64,000 bases of DNA from Polyangiaceae bacterium (GTDB lineage: Bacteria > Myxococcota_A > Polyangia > Polyangiales > Polyangiaceae): the NCBI GenBank assembly GCA_965222375.1, contig CBDCTZ010000013.1, positions 640,001 to 704,000 of the forward strand. Reading direction: 5' to 3'. Position 1 is the first letter of the stretch; every line of letters starts with the position of its first letter. Positions 38,709 through 48,492 of the stretch are shown piece after piece. The notes under the pieces are model-generated. The model was not told the DNA's origin. It ran no database searches and worked only from the letters and a program-made list of their open reading frames with translations. The translations under genes were made by a program, and so were the position numbers.

Positions 38709-39941
38709 TCACTGCGGGATTGGCTGACAGCAGCCTGTCAGGCAGAACTTGCCGGCCGGGCAAGGCGGCTGACACGACAGGCCACACTTCTCGGCCCCCG
38801 CGGGGCAGATCTGACCTCCGCAAATGCCGCCGGTGCCACCGCTGCCACCGGTGCCAGCTGTACCGCCGGTCCCAGCACCACCCGTGCCGGCACCACCTGT
38901 CCCGGCACCGCCAGTCCCTGCGCCACCGGTTCCGCCACTTCCGCCCACTCCGCCGTCGGGCGGCGGGGGGAAACATTCCGGCGGAAGGGTGGTCTTGCCG
39001 AGGCAGAGTTCACACTTCTCGCAGGTGTTCAGGCATGCGTCGACTGGGGTGCAGGGGCGACATTTCGTCGGGTCGGTCTCTTTGCCCAACTCGCAGATGC
39101 CGTCGCCCGTTTTCGGGTCCGTCGAGCCCAGCCACACGTACTTCCCGGTCCCGATATTTGCGCCCACTTCGCAGCAGCCAAAACAGTCGCAGCCGTTGGG
39201 CGTGAGGGGTCCGCAGTATCCGCTGCAGATGGTGCTCTGCTTCGCTTTCAGCTGCGCACAAGTCTGGGTCGTGCCCGGCGTCTTTGCCTTGGGATCGTAC
39301 TCACAGAATGGCTTGCCACCCTTATCGAGTCCCTCCGGGGGGTAGTCGGGACCAATCGACTTGGGATCACACTCATGGCTCCAGTAGCAGTCGTCGTTGC
39401 CCGACCCGGTATCTTGGTCGAAGTAGCAATCCTGCTTGCATGGAGCCGCGTTCTGCCCGGGAATCGATCCGTAGAACGTGTCTTCGGCATTGTGACAAGG
39501 ACCCAGGCAATCAGGATCTGCAAGATCGGCCTTGCCGTCTCCGTCGTCGTCTAGACAGTTGCCGCACTTGTAGACCTTGCCCTGACACGTCAGAGGAATG
39601 CAGGTCCCACCGTCGGGCAAGATCACACCGCCGGTACCGCCCGTCGCAGCACCTCCTGTACCGACACCACCGGTGCCCGTACCTCCTGTGCCAACACCGC
39701 CCGTGCCCGTACCTCCAGTTCCGGTTCCGCCGGTGCCGGTAGCGCCGGTTCCCCCACCGCCGCTCAACCCCGCGCCGCCGTCAGCACCTGTTGCGCCCGT
39801 TCCTGCTCCTGCACCCGCGGCTCCCGCGGCTCCCGTGCCGGCGCCCCCACCGGTGCCATCATCGGACTCGCCCGAGTCTCCACATCCAAAAACGATCAAC
39901 ACTCCAAGCGCTAGCGATCCAAATAGGCGACGGATTTGCAT
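38709..39941 (-). CDS. Cys-rich lipoprotein with Gly/Thr linkers
   Basis: Lipobox VFGC; (GTGG)n linkers; DDDGDG..D..DPDC motif; many Cys. Confidence 0.8.
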   Translation of the reverse strand: MQIRRLFGSLALGVLIVFGCGDSGESDDGTGGGAGTGAAGAAGAGAGTGATGADGGAGLSGGGGTGATGTGGTGTGGTGTGGVGTGGTGTGGVGTGGAATGGTGGVILPDGGTCIPLTCQGKVYKCGNCLDDDGDGKADLADPDCLGPCHNAEDTFYGSIPGQNAAPCKQDCYFDQDTGSGNDDCYWSHECDPKSIGPDYPPEGLDKGGKPFCEYDPKAKTPGTTQTCAQLKAKQSTICSGYCGPLTPNGCDCFGCCEVGANIGTGKYVWLGSTDPKTGDGICELGKETDPTKCRPCTPVDACLNTCEKCELCLGKTTLPPECFPPPPDGGVGGSGGTGGAGTGGAGTGGAGTGGAGTGGTAGTGGSGGTGGICGGQICPAGAEKCGLSCQPPCPAGKFCLTGCCQPIPQ

Positions 39942-40079
39942 GGGGGTCCTCCAGAATCATCCATATTACCGTACTGCTGGCCGTTGGCAGCCTGCGCGCA
40001 AAAAAATCGAACCTGCTGGGGGGTAAGTGGCGAATTCCGTCGCAGGTTTTCACCATCCTCGTTCTAAGATGCAGTTCTT

Positions 40080-40610
40080 GTGACCCATTATCGTACGTTT
40101 CCCCACGTTGTGTCCCTCGTCGCGGGGCTCGCCGTCACCGCCTGCCCAGGCTCCCTGACCGATCCCGAGCGATTCACGGAAGGCGGCGCCAGCGCCAGTT
40201 GCCCGCCGGGCCAGGACCACATGACAGTGTTCGCCGACAGCTGTAGCTCCTCGCTCTGCCACGACGCCCCCACCACGAGTTCGCCACCCAAGGCCTCCGA
40301 CGACCCCGCGGCCGGGCTGGACCTGACGGCGAATGTGGAAAGCCAAGTGCTGGGCGTCACGAGCGCCAGCGGAGACGAGTGCGACGGCGAGCTCCTCGTC
40401 GATCCCAACGATCCCGAAGGCAGCCTGTTCTTGGAGAAACTCACCGCCAAGAACCCGCGCTGCGGCGACCGGATGCCCTTGGGTACGCCCTTGAAGGCCG
40501 CAGAAATCGACTGTGTGCGCAAGTGGCTGAATTCGATAGCCGGTGGCGCCGGCGGCAGTTCTGGGACAGGTGGAGGCGGCGGCGCCCCTAGCGACGGAGG
40601 CGGACAGTGA
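40080..40610 (+). CDS. Lipoprotein with monoheme cytochrome c-like domain (CX4CH)
   Basis: Lipobox VTAC; CSSSLCH, GLDL, PEGSL, RMP, W..I pattern. Confidence 0.6.
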   Translation: MTHYRTFPHVVSLVAGLAVTACPGSLTDPERFTEGGASASCPPGQDHMTVFADSCSSSLCHDAPTTSSPPKASDDPAAGLDLTANVESQVLGVTSASGDECDGELLVDPNDPEGSLFLEKLTAKNPRCGDRMPLGTPLKAAEIDCVRKWLNSIAGGAGGSSGTGGGGGAPSDGGGQ

Positions 40611-42292
40611 ACGCGCGCATCATGGGTCTCGCGCTGCTGAGCTGCTTGCTCTGCATCCTGGCGCCGGCGCAGCTTCTCGCGGCGGAACGCGCCCGGGTCG
40701 TGGTGGGCAGCTTCGCTGGCGACGACAGCGGCAGCGCTCGCCGCGCCGTGGTCAAGGCGCTGAAGGCCAAAGGCGAGGTCTTCGTCGTCAGCGGTGACCA
40801 CGCAGCGGGCGTCGGCGAGTCCCTGGGCAAGAGCGCGGACAGTGCAAAGGGCGTCAAGGCCATTTCCAAAGCGCTCGGCCTCGGCGCTTGGATCGACGGC
40901 AGTGTCAAGGACGCAAAAGGCGTGTGGACCGCAACCTTGAAACTGCGCAGCCCCAAAGATGGTGAAGTATCCGAGACTCACAAATTCCGCGCAGGTGACG
41001 CCGGTGCCCTCGCCGACAAGATCAAGTCTGGTGTCTGGAAGGCTCTCGGGCCGTCTCTCAAGGATGCTCCCAAGCCCAAAAGCGGCGGCAAGAAACGCGT
41101 CGTCGTGCTGTCTTTCACAGGCAGCAAGTCAGGGACGGTTCGCTCCTACGCGAAAGGCGCGATCAAGAAGACCAAGGGCGTCAAACTCGTTGGCGACAAG
41201 ACGCTTCGTGACGTCGACATATCCGACGAGCCCAAGACCGAGGACATAGTCACCGCGGCGGCCGTGCTTGACGCGGCCCTGATCATCGCCGGCAACGTGG
41301 AAGCCAAGAAGGGCAGGTACACTCTGACCGTCACGGCCTTCAACGGCGCGGACGGTGAAGCCCTCGGAGAGTTTTCCTTCAAGGGCCGGGGCCTGTTGGG
41401 GCTGCGTGGCAAAGTGGTCCGGGGACTGGGCAAAAAGCTCAAAGGCCCAATCCAACGATCTGCAGTGCCCGAGCCTCCTGAAGAGGAGATTGAAGAAGAG
41501 GAAGAAGAAGAAGGCGGAGAAGAAGAGGAAGAGGAAGAAGCGGAGGAAGAAGAAGAGGAAACTGGCGACGACAAGCGCCCGTCACCTCTCGAGATCACCG
41601 CCGGCGTTCGGGTGTTCTCTCGCAACTTCCGCTACACCGACGACCTCTTCGATGCCCTGCGCTCCTACAAGTTGGGAGCAGCACCGGCATTCTTCATCCG
41701 CGGGCGCTGGTACCCAGCAGCGCACTTCAGCGGTGGCATCCCCGCACACATCGGTCTGACCGGCGGCTACGAGCAAGGCGTCTTCCTGAAAAGCAAAGTG
41801 AGTGGCGGCGAGGAACTCACCACCAAGATGAGCGAATGGTACGCAGGACTGCGCTATCGGCTGCCCATCGAGCGACACGAACTCGGTTTTCAGGGGACCT
41901 ACGGCAAGCACAAGTTCGACGTCGAAGACGACCCCGCCGCACCTCTAGTTCCCGACGTCGAGTACGCCTACATTCGTTTGGGAGTCGACGGGCGAGTGCG
42001 TGTGGATCAAATCCTCCTCGGAGCGCACCTCGGGTACCGCATGCTGCTCGATACCGGCGAGCTCCAATCCAGTGCTTGGTTCCCTAACGCAAGTGGTGGA
42101 GGTGTGGATGCTGGCCTCCTCGCCGGCTACGAAGTCGTTACGGGCGTCTCGCTGGTCGCCGGCTTCGACTTCCGGCGCTACTTCCTGACCTTCGACCCCG
42201 AGCCGGGAGATCCCTTCATCGCGGGTGGTGCCGTCGACGAGTACTTGTCTGGGTGGGGCGGCGTGTCCGTGCAGCTGCCCGGCGACAAATAG
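40607..42292 (+). CDS. Exported protein: two alpha/beta domains, poly-Glu linker, probable C-terminal outer-membrane beta-barrel
   Basis: Signal peptide; duplicated RVVV.SF.G domains; E-rich tract; alternating aromatic/Gly strands. Confidence 0.7.
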   Translation: MNARIMGLALLSCLLCILAPAQLLAAERARVVVGSFAGDDSGSARRAVVKALKAKGEVFVVSGDHAAGVGESLGKSADSAKGVKAISKALGLGAWIDGSVKDAKGVWTATLKLRSPKDGEVSETHKFRAGDAGALADKIKSGVWKALGPSLKDAPKPKSGGKKRVVVLSFTGSKSGTVRSYAKGAIKKTKGVKLVGDKTLRDVDISDEPKTEDIVTAAAVLDAALIIAGNVEAKKGRYTLTVTAFNGADGEALGEFSFKGRGLLGLRGKVVRGLGKKLKGPIQRSAVPEPPEEEIEEEEEEEGGEEEEEEEAEEEEEETGDDKRPSPLEITAGVRVFSRNFRYTDDLFDALRSYKLGAAPAFFIRGRWYPAAHFSGGIPAHIGLTGGYEQGVFLKSKVSGGEELTTKMSEWYAGLRYRLPIERHELGFQGTYGKHKFDVEDDPAAPLVPDVEYAYIRLGVDGRVRVDQILLGAHLGYRMLLDTGELQSSAWFPNASGGGVDAGLLAGYEVVTGVSLVAGFDFRRYFLTFDPEPGDPFIAGGAVDEYLSGWGGVSVQLPGDK

Positions 42293-42319
42293 AGCCCCCA
42301 TACCCATGGCTCGGGCCGC

Positions 42320-43216
42320 ATGAGCGACAGCCGCACATCGGCAACCCGCGCTCGGCTCTCGGTTTTGGGGGCAGCGGTCCTGTTTTCCACCGGGGGCGCG
42401 GCGATCAAAGCGTGCGCGCTGTCGGCCCTTGCCGTCGCAGGCTTGCGTTCCGGCATTGCCGCGCTCGCTCTGGCGCTGCTGCTTCCGCAGTCACGCCGCG
42501 GCTGGACGCGGCGTACCGTGGTGGTCGGCATGACCTACGCCGGCACGATGATCCTCTTTGTCGCCGCGAACAAACTCACGACCGCTGCCAACACGATCTT
42601 TCTGCAGTCCACAGCGCCCCTGTACGTGTTGTTGGCCTCGCCGTGGCTTCTCGGGGAGCGCGCCAAGAAGAGCGACATCCTCTACATGCTGGTCTTAGCT
42701 GCTGGGCTGGCCATGTTCTTCGTCGGCGACCGCGCCCCAGACCCCTTGGCGCCTAACCCAACCCTGGGCAACGTCCTGGCCGTGCTCGCCGGGGTCTGTT
42801 GGGGTGGCACGGTGCTTGGTCTACGTTGGCTGTCAATGCCGGACGCTGCCGGGCGAGCTCCCAGCAACCTGACTGGCGTTCTTGCTGGCAATCTATTCGC
42901 CTTCGCATTCTGCATTCCTCTCGCCTTCCCTCTTGGCGATGTCTCGGGAACGGATGTGTCGGCTCTGCTCTACCTGGGCGTCATTCAAATCGCGATGTCC
43001 TACGTCCTGCTCAGCCACGGTCTCGCGAGAATCGCCGCGCTGGAAGGTTCGCTGCTGCTGACCGTAGAACCCGTTCTCAACCCGATTTGGGCATTCTGGA
43101 TGCACGGAGAGGTCCTCGGCGCCTGGGCCATTGCCGGCGGAGGCATGATCTTGGGCGCGACCCTATTTCGCACTGCCAGTGGGCATCTCCGCGCCAGGCG
43201 GGGCGCGCCTACGTAG
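42320..43216 (+). CDS. EamA/DMT family transporter
   Basis: About 10 TMs; LQSTAP and EPVLNPIW motifs. Confidence 0.88.
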   Translation: MSDSRTSATRARLSVLGAAVLFSTGGAAIKACALSALAVAGLRSGIAALALALLLPQSRRGWTRRTVVVGMTYAGTMILFVAANKLTTAANTIFLQSTAPLYVLLASPWLLGERAKKSDILYMLVLAAGLAMFFVGDRAPDPLAPNPTLGNVLAVLAGVCWGGTVLGLRWLSMPDAAGRAPSNLTGVLAGNLFAFAFCIPLAFPLGDVSGTDVSALLYLGVIQIAMSYVLLSHGLARIAALEGSLLLTVEPVLNPIWAFWMHGEVLGAWAIAGGGMILGATLFRTASGHLRARRGAPT

Positions 43217-43278
43217 CCAGAAACCTTGTGCCAGGGGCCCTATCGACACTCAGGGCAGGCCACCCGTACACTGGCGAG

Positions 43279-43815
43279 GTGCTGACGGACGCGCTGGCCG
43301 AGATGTTCCGAGATGCCGCGGACGAGCGGAGCGTGCGCGCATACTCCGCGGCGCTGGTTGGCATCGGAGACACCCAAGCAGGCGCACAGCGAGTCGCCGA
43401 GATCGAGGCCATGCTGGAAGCCATGTACCTGATGGCAGCGTCCGACGGCGAGGTCGCGCCGGAGGAACTACTGCAACTCAGCGCCAGCCTCCGAGCCATG
43501 CTCGAGGGATTCCAGTCCGCAGGCTCCGCCGAAACGACCCTCCCCCTCCTCAAACTGAACGACACCCTGGCGAAGTTTCAAACACTCCTGGAGAGCGACG
43601 GACTCGAGCACCGCCTCGAAGCGGTCGCCCAAAGGCTGCTCACCCCTGAATCCGCCTGTTTGGCTTTTTCCCTCGCTGCGGCCGTTGCCTTCGTGGACGA
43701 CTTCGTCGACACCGGCGAGGCCAACGCCATCGACAAGCTCGCCAACGCCCTGGGCTTCAAGCCCGAAGAATCCCAACACCTACTGCGCGAAGTCCACTCG
43801 CGCCTCGAGCAGTGA
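43279..43815 (+). CDS. TerB-like (tellurite resistance domain) protein
   Basis: LMAASDGEVAPEE and VAFVDD....E...IDKLANALG repeats; GTG start inferred. Confidence 0.75.
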   Translation: MLTDALAEMFRDAADERSVRAYSAALVGIGDTQAGAQRVAEIEAMLEAMYLMAASDGEVAPEELLQLSASLRAMLEGFQSAGSAETTLPLLKLNDTLAKFQTLLESDGLEHRLEAVAQRLLTPESACLAFSLAAAVAFVDDFVDTGEANAIDKLANALGFKPEESQHLLREVHSRLEQ

Positions 43816-43856
43816 CTCGACTCGCCTGTTTGGGGTAGCGGCCGCCCCAATCCAAC

Positions 43857-43964
43857 CCCGTGAAGCCTGAGGGTTTTGGTTTGGGTCGCGTCGACGATGC
43901 TCGAAGTACTAGAGACCTCGGAAGTCATCCCGCGAAGCCTGAGGGTTTTGGTTTGGGTCGCGTC
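43857..43964. repeat. Two 36-bp direct repeats separated by a 36-bp unique spacer
   Basis: CCCG[TC]GAAGCCTGAGGGTTTTGGTTTGGGTCGCGTC at 43857-43892 and 43929-43964 (35/36 identical). Confidence 0.9.
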
Positions 43965-44051
43965 CCTGCCGCAGCCCGGGGCTCTACTCCCGTCCCGGCC
44001 CACATTGCGCGAAGCCCCGCGTTTCGATTGGGCTTCCCACACAGAAAGTGA

Positions 44052-44076
44052 TGGAGCCAGCTTGGGGATTTGAACC
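44052..44076 (-). repeat. Duplicated 3' end of tRNA-Thr (att-like site)
   Basis: GGAGCCAGCTTGGGGATTTGAACC at 44053-44076 is identical to 44189-44212. Confidence 0.85.
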
Positions 44077-44190
44077 GATCGACCCAGGGCCCGCGCTAGC
44101 GCGACCCTCCTTGAGCCAGATGGCTGTCGCACGCCCAGAGGGCGAAGACCCAAGCACCAACACTGGTGTCCGATCCTCGGAAACAGACGG

Positions 44191-44262
<72 letters not shown>

Positions 44263-44448
44263 ATAGCGGGGGCGGGAGCTTGTCGCGCGCTAGACGCCAA
44301 GTCAAGACAAACGCTGGCGGGCGCTTGGCGTTCCTACGCAAAAAACGCGTGGCTGAATAGCAGCGATCCGGCCCCGGCTGCGCTCCGGCAAGCCACGCGG
44401 CTTCGGGTCTCGCCATGACGCAGGATCCCCGCTACACCGATCAGACCG

Positions 44449-45657
44449 ATGAGCGTGCCCAAGATCAGGATTCCGGCTGACACCCGCGTTGGAGGCTTCC
44501 GGTTCGGATCGATCGCTGCAGGAATACGCACGGATGGGCGCGATGACCTGGCCCTCGTGCTCAGCGAAGCCGAATGCGCCAGCGCGGGAGTGCTGACCCG
44601 CAACGTCGTGCGCGCAGCTCCAATTCAAATCATGGCTAGGCGACTGGGACGACAGCGTACACGCGGGGTTTTGGTCAATAGCGGCTGCGCCAATGCCTGC
44701 ACGGGAGAGGCCGGAATGGCAGAGGCGTTGCGCGGATGCGCCTCCGTCGCCGAGGCCGCGGACGTACCGGAGGACTCCGTGCTTCCGGCATCCACCGGAG
44801 TGATCGGAAGCCTATTGCCAGCGGACCACATCGTCGCTCACGCACGTGCCCTGGCGGCTTCGCTCACACCGACAGGTTGGGAAGGTTTTGCGCGGGCGAT
44901 CATGACGACGGATCGCTGGCCCAAGGTCGCATACCGCAAGCTGCCAGGCTCCGACGACGCACCATCCGTCTTGTGCATTGCCAAAGGCGCCGGAATGGTT
45001 CACCCGGATCTGGGGCCACCTCAAGCAACGATGCTCGCTTTCGCGTTCACGGATGCTGCCGTGGACGCGCATACCCTCGGCAAGGCCCTCCACGCGGCGG
45101 TGGATACGACCTTCAACGCCTGTAGCGTCGATGGTGACACCAGCACCAACGACTGCGTCGTGGTACTCGCCTCCGGAACGTCCGGGCAGACTCCCGCTCC
45201 GACGGCGCTGACGGGTGTGCTCGAGTCAGCCTTCGATGAGCTGGCGCGAAGCATGTTGGCGGACGGAGAGGGAGCAGAGCACGTCGCCGAGATCCGCATT
45301 TCTGGGCTCGCCAGCGAGGCGGACGCCCGTAAGGTCGCGCGTACGGTTGCCACCAGCCAACTGGTCAAGACGGCGCTCTTCGGCAAGGACATCAATTGGG
45401 GGCGGCTCATGGGGGCGGCTGGGCGCGCTGGCGTGCGCTTCAACCCCGAGCAGGCGCGAATTTGGGTGGGGGATGTGTTGATAGTCGAGGCCGGAGTCGC
45501 CGTGGGTCCGGAAGCGGAAGCGGACGCCAATCGCATACTGGCCGAGCCCAGCTACGTCATCAGCATGGAGCTGGGAGACGGGTCCAGCAGCTTCCGCTAC
45601 CTGACCAGCGATCTTGGGCATGGCTACGTCGACGTGAATGCCGGATACCGGTCGTGA
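44449..45657 (+). CDS. argJ: Glutamate N-acetyltransferase ArgJ
   Basis: NSGCANACTG, STGVIG, IMTTD, KGAGM, ATML, DGDTSTND, DGEGA. Confidence 0.95.
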   Translation: MSVPKIRIPADTRVGGFRFGSIAAGIRTDGRDDLALVLSEAECASAGVLTRNVVRAAPIQIMARRLGRQRTRGVLVNSGCANACTGEAGMAEALRGCASVAEAADVPEDSVLPASTGVIGSLLPADHIVAHARALAASLTPTGWEGFARAIMTTDRWPKVAYRKLPGSDDAPSVLCIAKGAGMVHPDLGPPQATMLAFAFTDAAVDAHTLGKALHAAVDTTFNACSVDGDTSTNDCVVVLASGTSGQTPAPTALTGVLESAFDELARSMLADGEGAEHVAEIRISGLASEADARKVARTVATSQLVKTALFGKDINWGRLMGAAGRAGVRFNPEQARIWVGDVLIVEAGVAVGPEAEADANRILAEPSYVISMELGDGSSSFRYLTSDLGHGYVDVNAGYRS

Positions 45658-45989
45658 CCAAGATCGCGCCGCTGCTCTTGGTCTCCCTGATCGCTTGTGC
45701 GCCGCCTCGGGGCACCGTCGGTGCGGTGCTGTCCCGGGATGCGGAAGGTCGGCTCCACATTGCCGAAGCGCCGGAAGGGCTGGCGGCAGACAAGGCAGGC
45801 CTGCAGTCCAACGACGAGATCATTCTGATTGACGGAATGGATGTGCGCACCCTTTCCGAGAAGGAGCTGCGCCAAGCGTTGCGGGGCGAGGTTGGCGACA
45901 AAGTGAAAGTCACCGCGCTTCGCGGCGAGGAAGTCGTGCGCGTGACCTTGAAGCGCACTGAGGCGAAACGCCGCCTGCAACGTCGCTAG
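45654..45989 (+). CDS. PDZ-domain lipoprotein
   Basis: GTG overlaps the argJ stop; lipobox LIAC; ADKAGLQSNDEIILIDG. Confidence 0.8.
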   Translation: MTKIAPLLLVSLIACAPPRGTVGAVLSRDAEGRLHIAEAPEGLAADKAGLQSNDEIILIDGMDVRTLSEKELRQALRGEVGDKVKVTALRGEEVVRVTLKRTEAKRRLQRR

Positions 45990-45990
45990 C

Positions 45991-47007
45991 TCACGCCGGC
46001 AGCGCAGCCAGGTGGTCTTCGATGCGTTGGGTGATTTCGTCGAGGTGGAGCGCGAAAGTCATGTGCCCACCCTCGATCCACAAGATGTTCGGGCGGTTCC
46101 ACTGTCGCCACTGCTCCTCCGCAATGGCTGCGTCGATGTACACGTCCTCCCGGGCCTGGATCCAGAGCTGACGTTCTGGCGCCATGATGGGCGGGAAAGA
46201 GGACATCCCGATGCGGCTGAACAGATCTTGGCGCTGCTGTCGGTCGATCCCCCAATCCTCCAAGTCCTTGCGCATCCGCCACAAGATCGGTGCGAACTCC
46301 ACCGCGGCTTCGAGTTCGAGGTGAGCGATGATCGGAATGATGAAATTGGGCATGGGCTCCAAGCAGGCGAACAGCATCGTGATCGCTCCGCCCAAGCTGA
46401 TCCCAGTCACACCAACCCGGTCGTAACCCTGGTCTCTGAGCCACGCCATCAGCGCACGAGTATCGCAAACAGCCTGTCGAACCCCTTCCATGCTGCGAAC
46501 GATGTCTGCGGTCCAAAAGTACTCGCCCGAGAAGAGTGCGTCGCGTGGCTTGCGCGTGCCGTGAAAGGGTAGCGCTACGTGCACGATGTCGACATCCAGC
46601 TCCCTCGACCAGCGGCGGAAGAGCGTCGCCTCCTCCGCCCAGCTTCCGGGCTCGAGCCAACCATGGACGTAGATGAGCGCCGTCTTCCGAGCTCTACCCT
46701 CCGGACGAATCCAACGAGCCCACGCCGTCAGATTGCGTCGGTACTCGTTCTCATGACGTCGGCGGTAGCGCTGGCACAGCACTTCGTGGGTGCTCGTCCA
46801 GCGCAAGGTGCTCGTCCGTAATGCCCGGTCCATGACGCTGCGTTTGACCACCAGATCTTCAATCGGCGCTGGCGGTGGAAAGAGCTTGTCCGCCGACAGG
46901 TCGAGGTACTGGTGCAAATAGCCAACCGTGTTGATCTTCGCGCCGCGCAGATGCAGCAGCCGAGACAGCACCCCGGCTACCCTGTCAGCGTTCTTTCCGT
47001 AGCCCAA
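45991..47007 (-). CDS. Alpha/beta hydrolase
   Basis: LPFHGTR, GISLGG nucleophile elbow, D and GGH catalytic candidates. Confidence 0.8.
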   Translation of the reverse strand: MGYGKNADRVAGVLSRLLHLRGAKINTVGYLHQYLDLSADKLFPPPAPIEDLVVKRSVMDRALRTSTLRWTSTHEVLCQRYRRRHENEYRRNLTAWARWIRPEGRARKTALIYVHGWLEPGSWAEEATLFRRWSRELDVDIVHVALPFHGTRKPRDALFSGEYFWTADIVRSMEGVRQAVCDTRALMAWLRDQGYDRVGVTGISLGGAITMLFACLEPMPNFIIPIIAHLELEAAVEFAPILWRMRKDLEDWGIDRQQRQDLFSRIGMSSFPPIMAPERQLWIQAREDVYIDAAIAEEQWRQWNRPNILWIEGGHMTFALHLDEITQRIEDHLAALPA

Positions 47008-47031
47008 CCCGCTCTCCCCAGGCCCCTGGCT

Positions 47032-47868
47032 TCACGCCTTCGGGCCAAAGCCCAGAATGACGTAGCCACCACTCCGCTCGTCTTTCTGCAACTCCAGCAA
47101 GCCACGACTGCCGGCGTCCTCGAGCAGTTCGTTGAAACTTCGGTAACCGTGAAAGGACTCATTGAAACTCGGCCGCTTGCGTTTCAACGTCTGTTTCACC
47201 ATCGAGCCCCAAATACTGTCATCGCGGTCGCGAAATAGTGCGTCCACGACATCCAACACCAATTCGATGCCCTCGGTTTGACGCTGTTCAACATCGGGGT
47301 CGTCGTCAGCCGCCTTCTTCTTGGTCGGTTGGCTGCGATCGCGCTTGGTCTCATCCCCGCTGGGTTTGGCGCGGACGCGTTCACTTTTTCGGCTGCGCAC
47401 CAAGTCGTCGTAGAGAATGAACTCATCACAACTCTCGATGAGCAAATCGCTGCTGGAGTTCTTCACTCCAATTCCAACGACGGTCTTGTCATTCTCCCGA
47501 AGCTTGCTGACAACCGGGGAAAAGTCGCTGTCCCCTGACACAATGACGAACAGGTCGACATGGCTCTTGGTGTAACAAAGGTCTAGAGCGTCCACGACGA
47601 GCCGGATGTCCGCTGAGTTCTTGCCGGAATAGGAAACGTGCGGGATCTCGATCAGTTCGAAGCCCGCTTCATGAAGCCCCCGACGAGCGCTCTTGTAGCG
47701 ATCCCAGTCCGAGTACGCTTTCTTGACGACGATTTTGCCCTTGTCGAGCAACCGTTCAAGCACCAGTTGGATGTCGAACGCGTCGAAACGAGCATCCCGG
47801 GCACCGAGAGCAACATTCTCGTAGTCGCAGAATATGGCGATATTCGGTGCGCTGTCGGTCACGTTCAC
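47032..47868 (-). CDS. NYN domain protein with C-terminal OST-HTH/LOTUS domain
   Basis: DYEN, GKNSADIRLVVDA, SGDSDF; PSFNESFHGYRSFNELL. Confidence 0.9.
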   Translation of the reverse strand: MNVTDSAPNIAIFCDYENVALGARDARFDAFDIQLVLERLLDKGKIVVKKAYSDWDRYKSARRGLHEAGFELIEIPHVSYSGKNSADIRLVVDALDLCYTKSHVDLFVIVSGDSDFSPVVSKLRENDKTVVGIGVKNSSSDLLIESCDEFILYDDLVRSRKSERVRAKPSGDETKRDRSQPTKKKAADDDPDVEQRQTEGIELVLDVVDALFRDRDDSIWGSMVKQTLKRKRPSFNESFHGYRSFNELLEDAGSRGLLELQKDERSGGYVILGFGPKA

Positions 47869-48006
47869 TTCAGTAGCAGCCTTTGCAAGTAGGGTGTGTC
47901 AGAAAACCACCATCCATCACCTGGGGACTCGGCGTAGGCAGATGTAGGAAGTTTTCGCAGGCCGCTGCCTCTTGGCGTGGCGTTTCGCACAGGCTAGATT
48001 TCTATC

Positions 48007-48462
48007 TTGGTGTGGGAGCGAGCGCACCTCGCCGGCATGATTCACGGCGACATCAAGCCCGGCAACATCTTCCTATCCGAGGGCGACGCAGGTCGGATTG
48101 GCCCTGGACGGTCCGACTTGGGAGTGGAGTTCTACTGGGGCGCCTCGAAGACAGACGCTCGGCCACGGTTGGAGTTCGGAGGCGGATCTAGTGGATACGG
48201 CCCGCGCATCGACCGGGTCAGCGCGCGCTACGCATATGTGGCGCCCGAGTTCCGCATCGGCCCGCGCCTTGGCAAGTTCGAGCTGTCAGCGGGGATCCGG
48301 CCCATGCTTCTACTCGCCCTTAGCCAACCAGAATTCGACGACAAACAGCGCCTCACGGACGATCAGTCGTTGGGCTACTTCCGATTCCAGCCCGAGACCC
48401 TGGCCGCAAGCACGATGGCATTGATCGAAGCCGGGCTCGGCGTACGATACAGCTTCTACTGA
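48007..48462 (+). pseudogene. Chimeric remnant: kinase catalytic-loop fragment fused to a beta-barrel-like C-terminus
   Basis: HLAGMIHGDIKPGNIFL followed directly by strand-like sequence ending AGLGVRYSFY. Confidence 0.5.
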
Positions 48463-48492
48463 CGCAGCTGTGCGCGTGATATAGCCGGAAGC

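Noticed and set aside
38820..39860. Gly/Thr-rich nucleotide repeats as a distinct element
   Set aside because: Ordinary low-complexity linkers, seen in several lipoproteins in this window
42799..43278. N-terminal extension of the TerB-like ORF given in the ORF track
   Set aside because: Overlaps the DMT transporter in another frame; the real start is probably the GTG at 43279
43857..43964. Calling the 36-bp repeats a bona fide CRISPR array
   Set aside because: Only two good copies, no cas genes or AT-rich leader, and no typical repeat terminus; kept as a repeat and a finding
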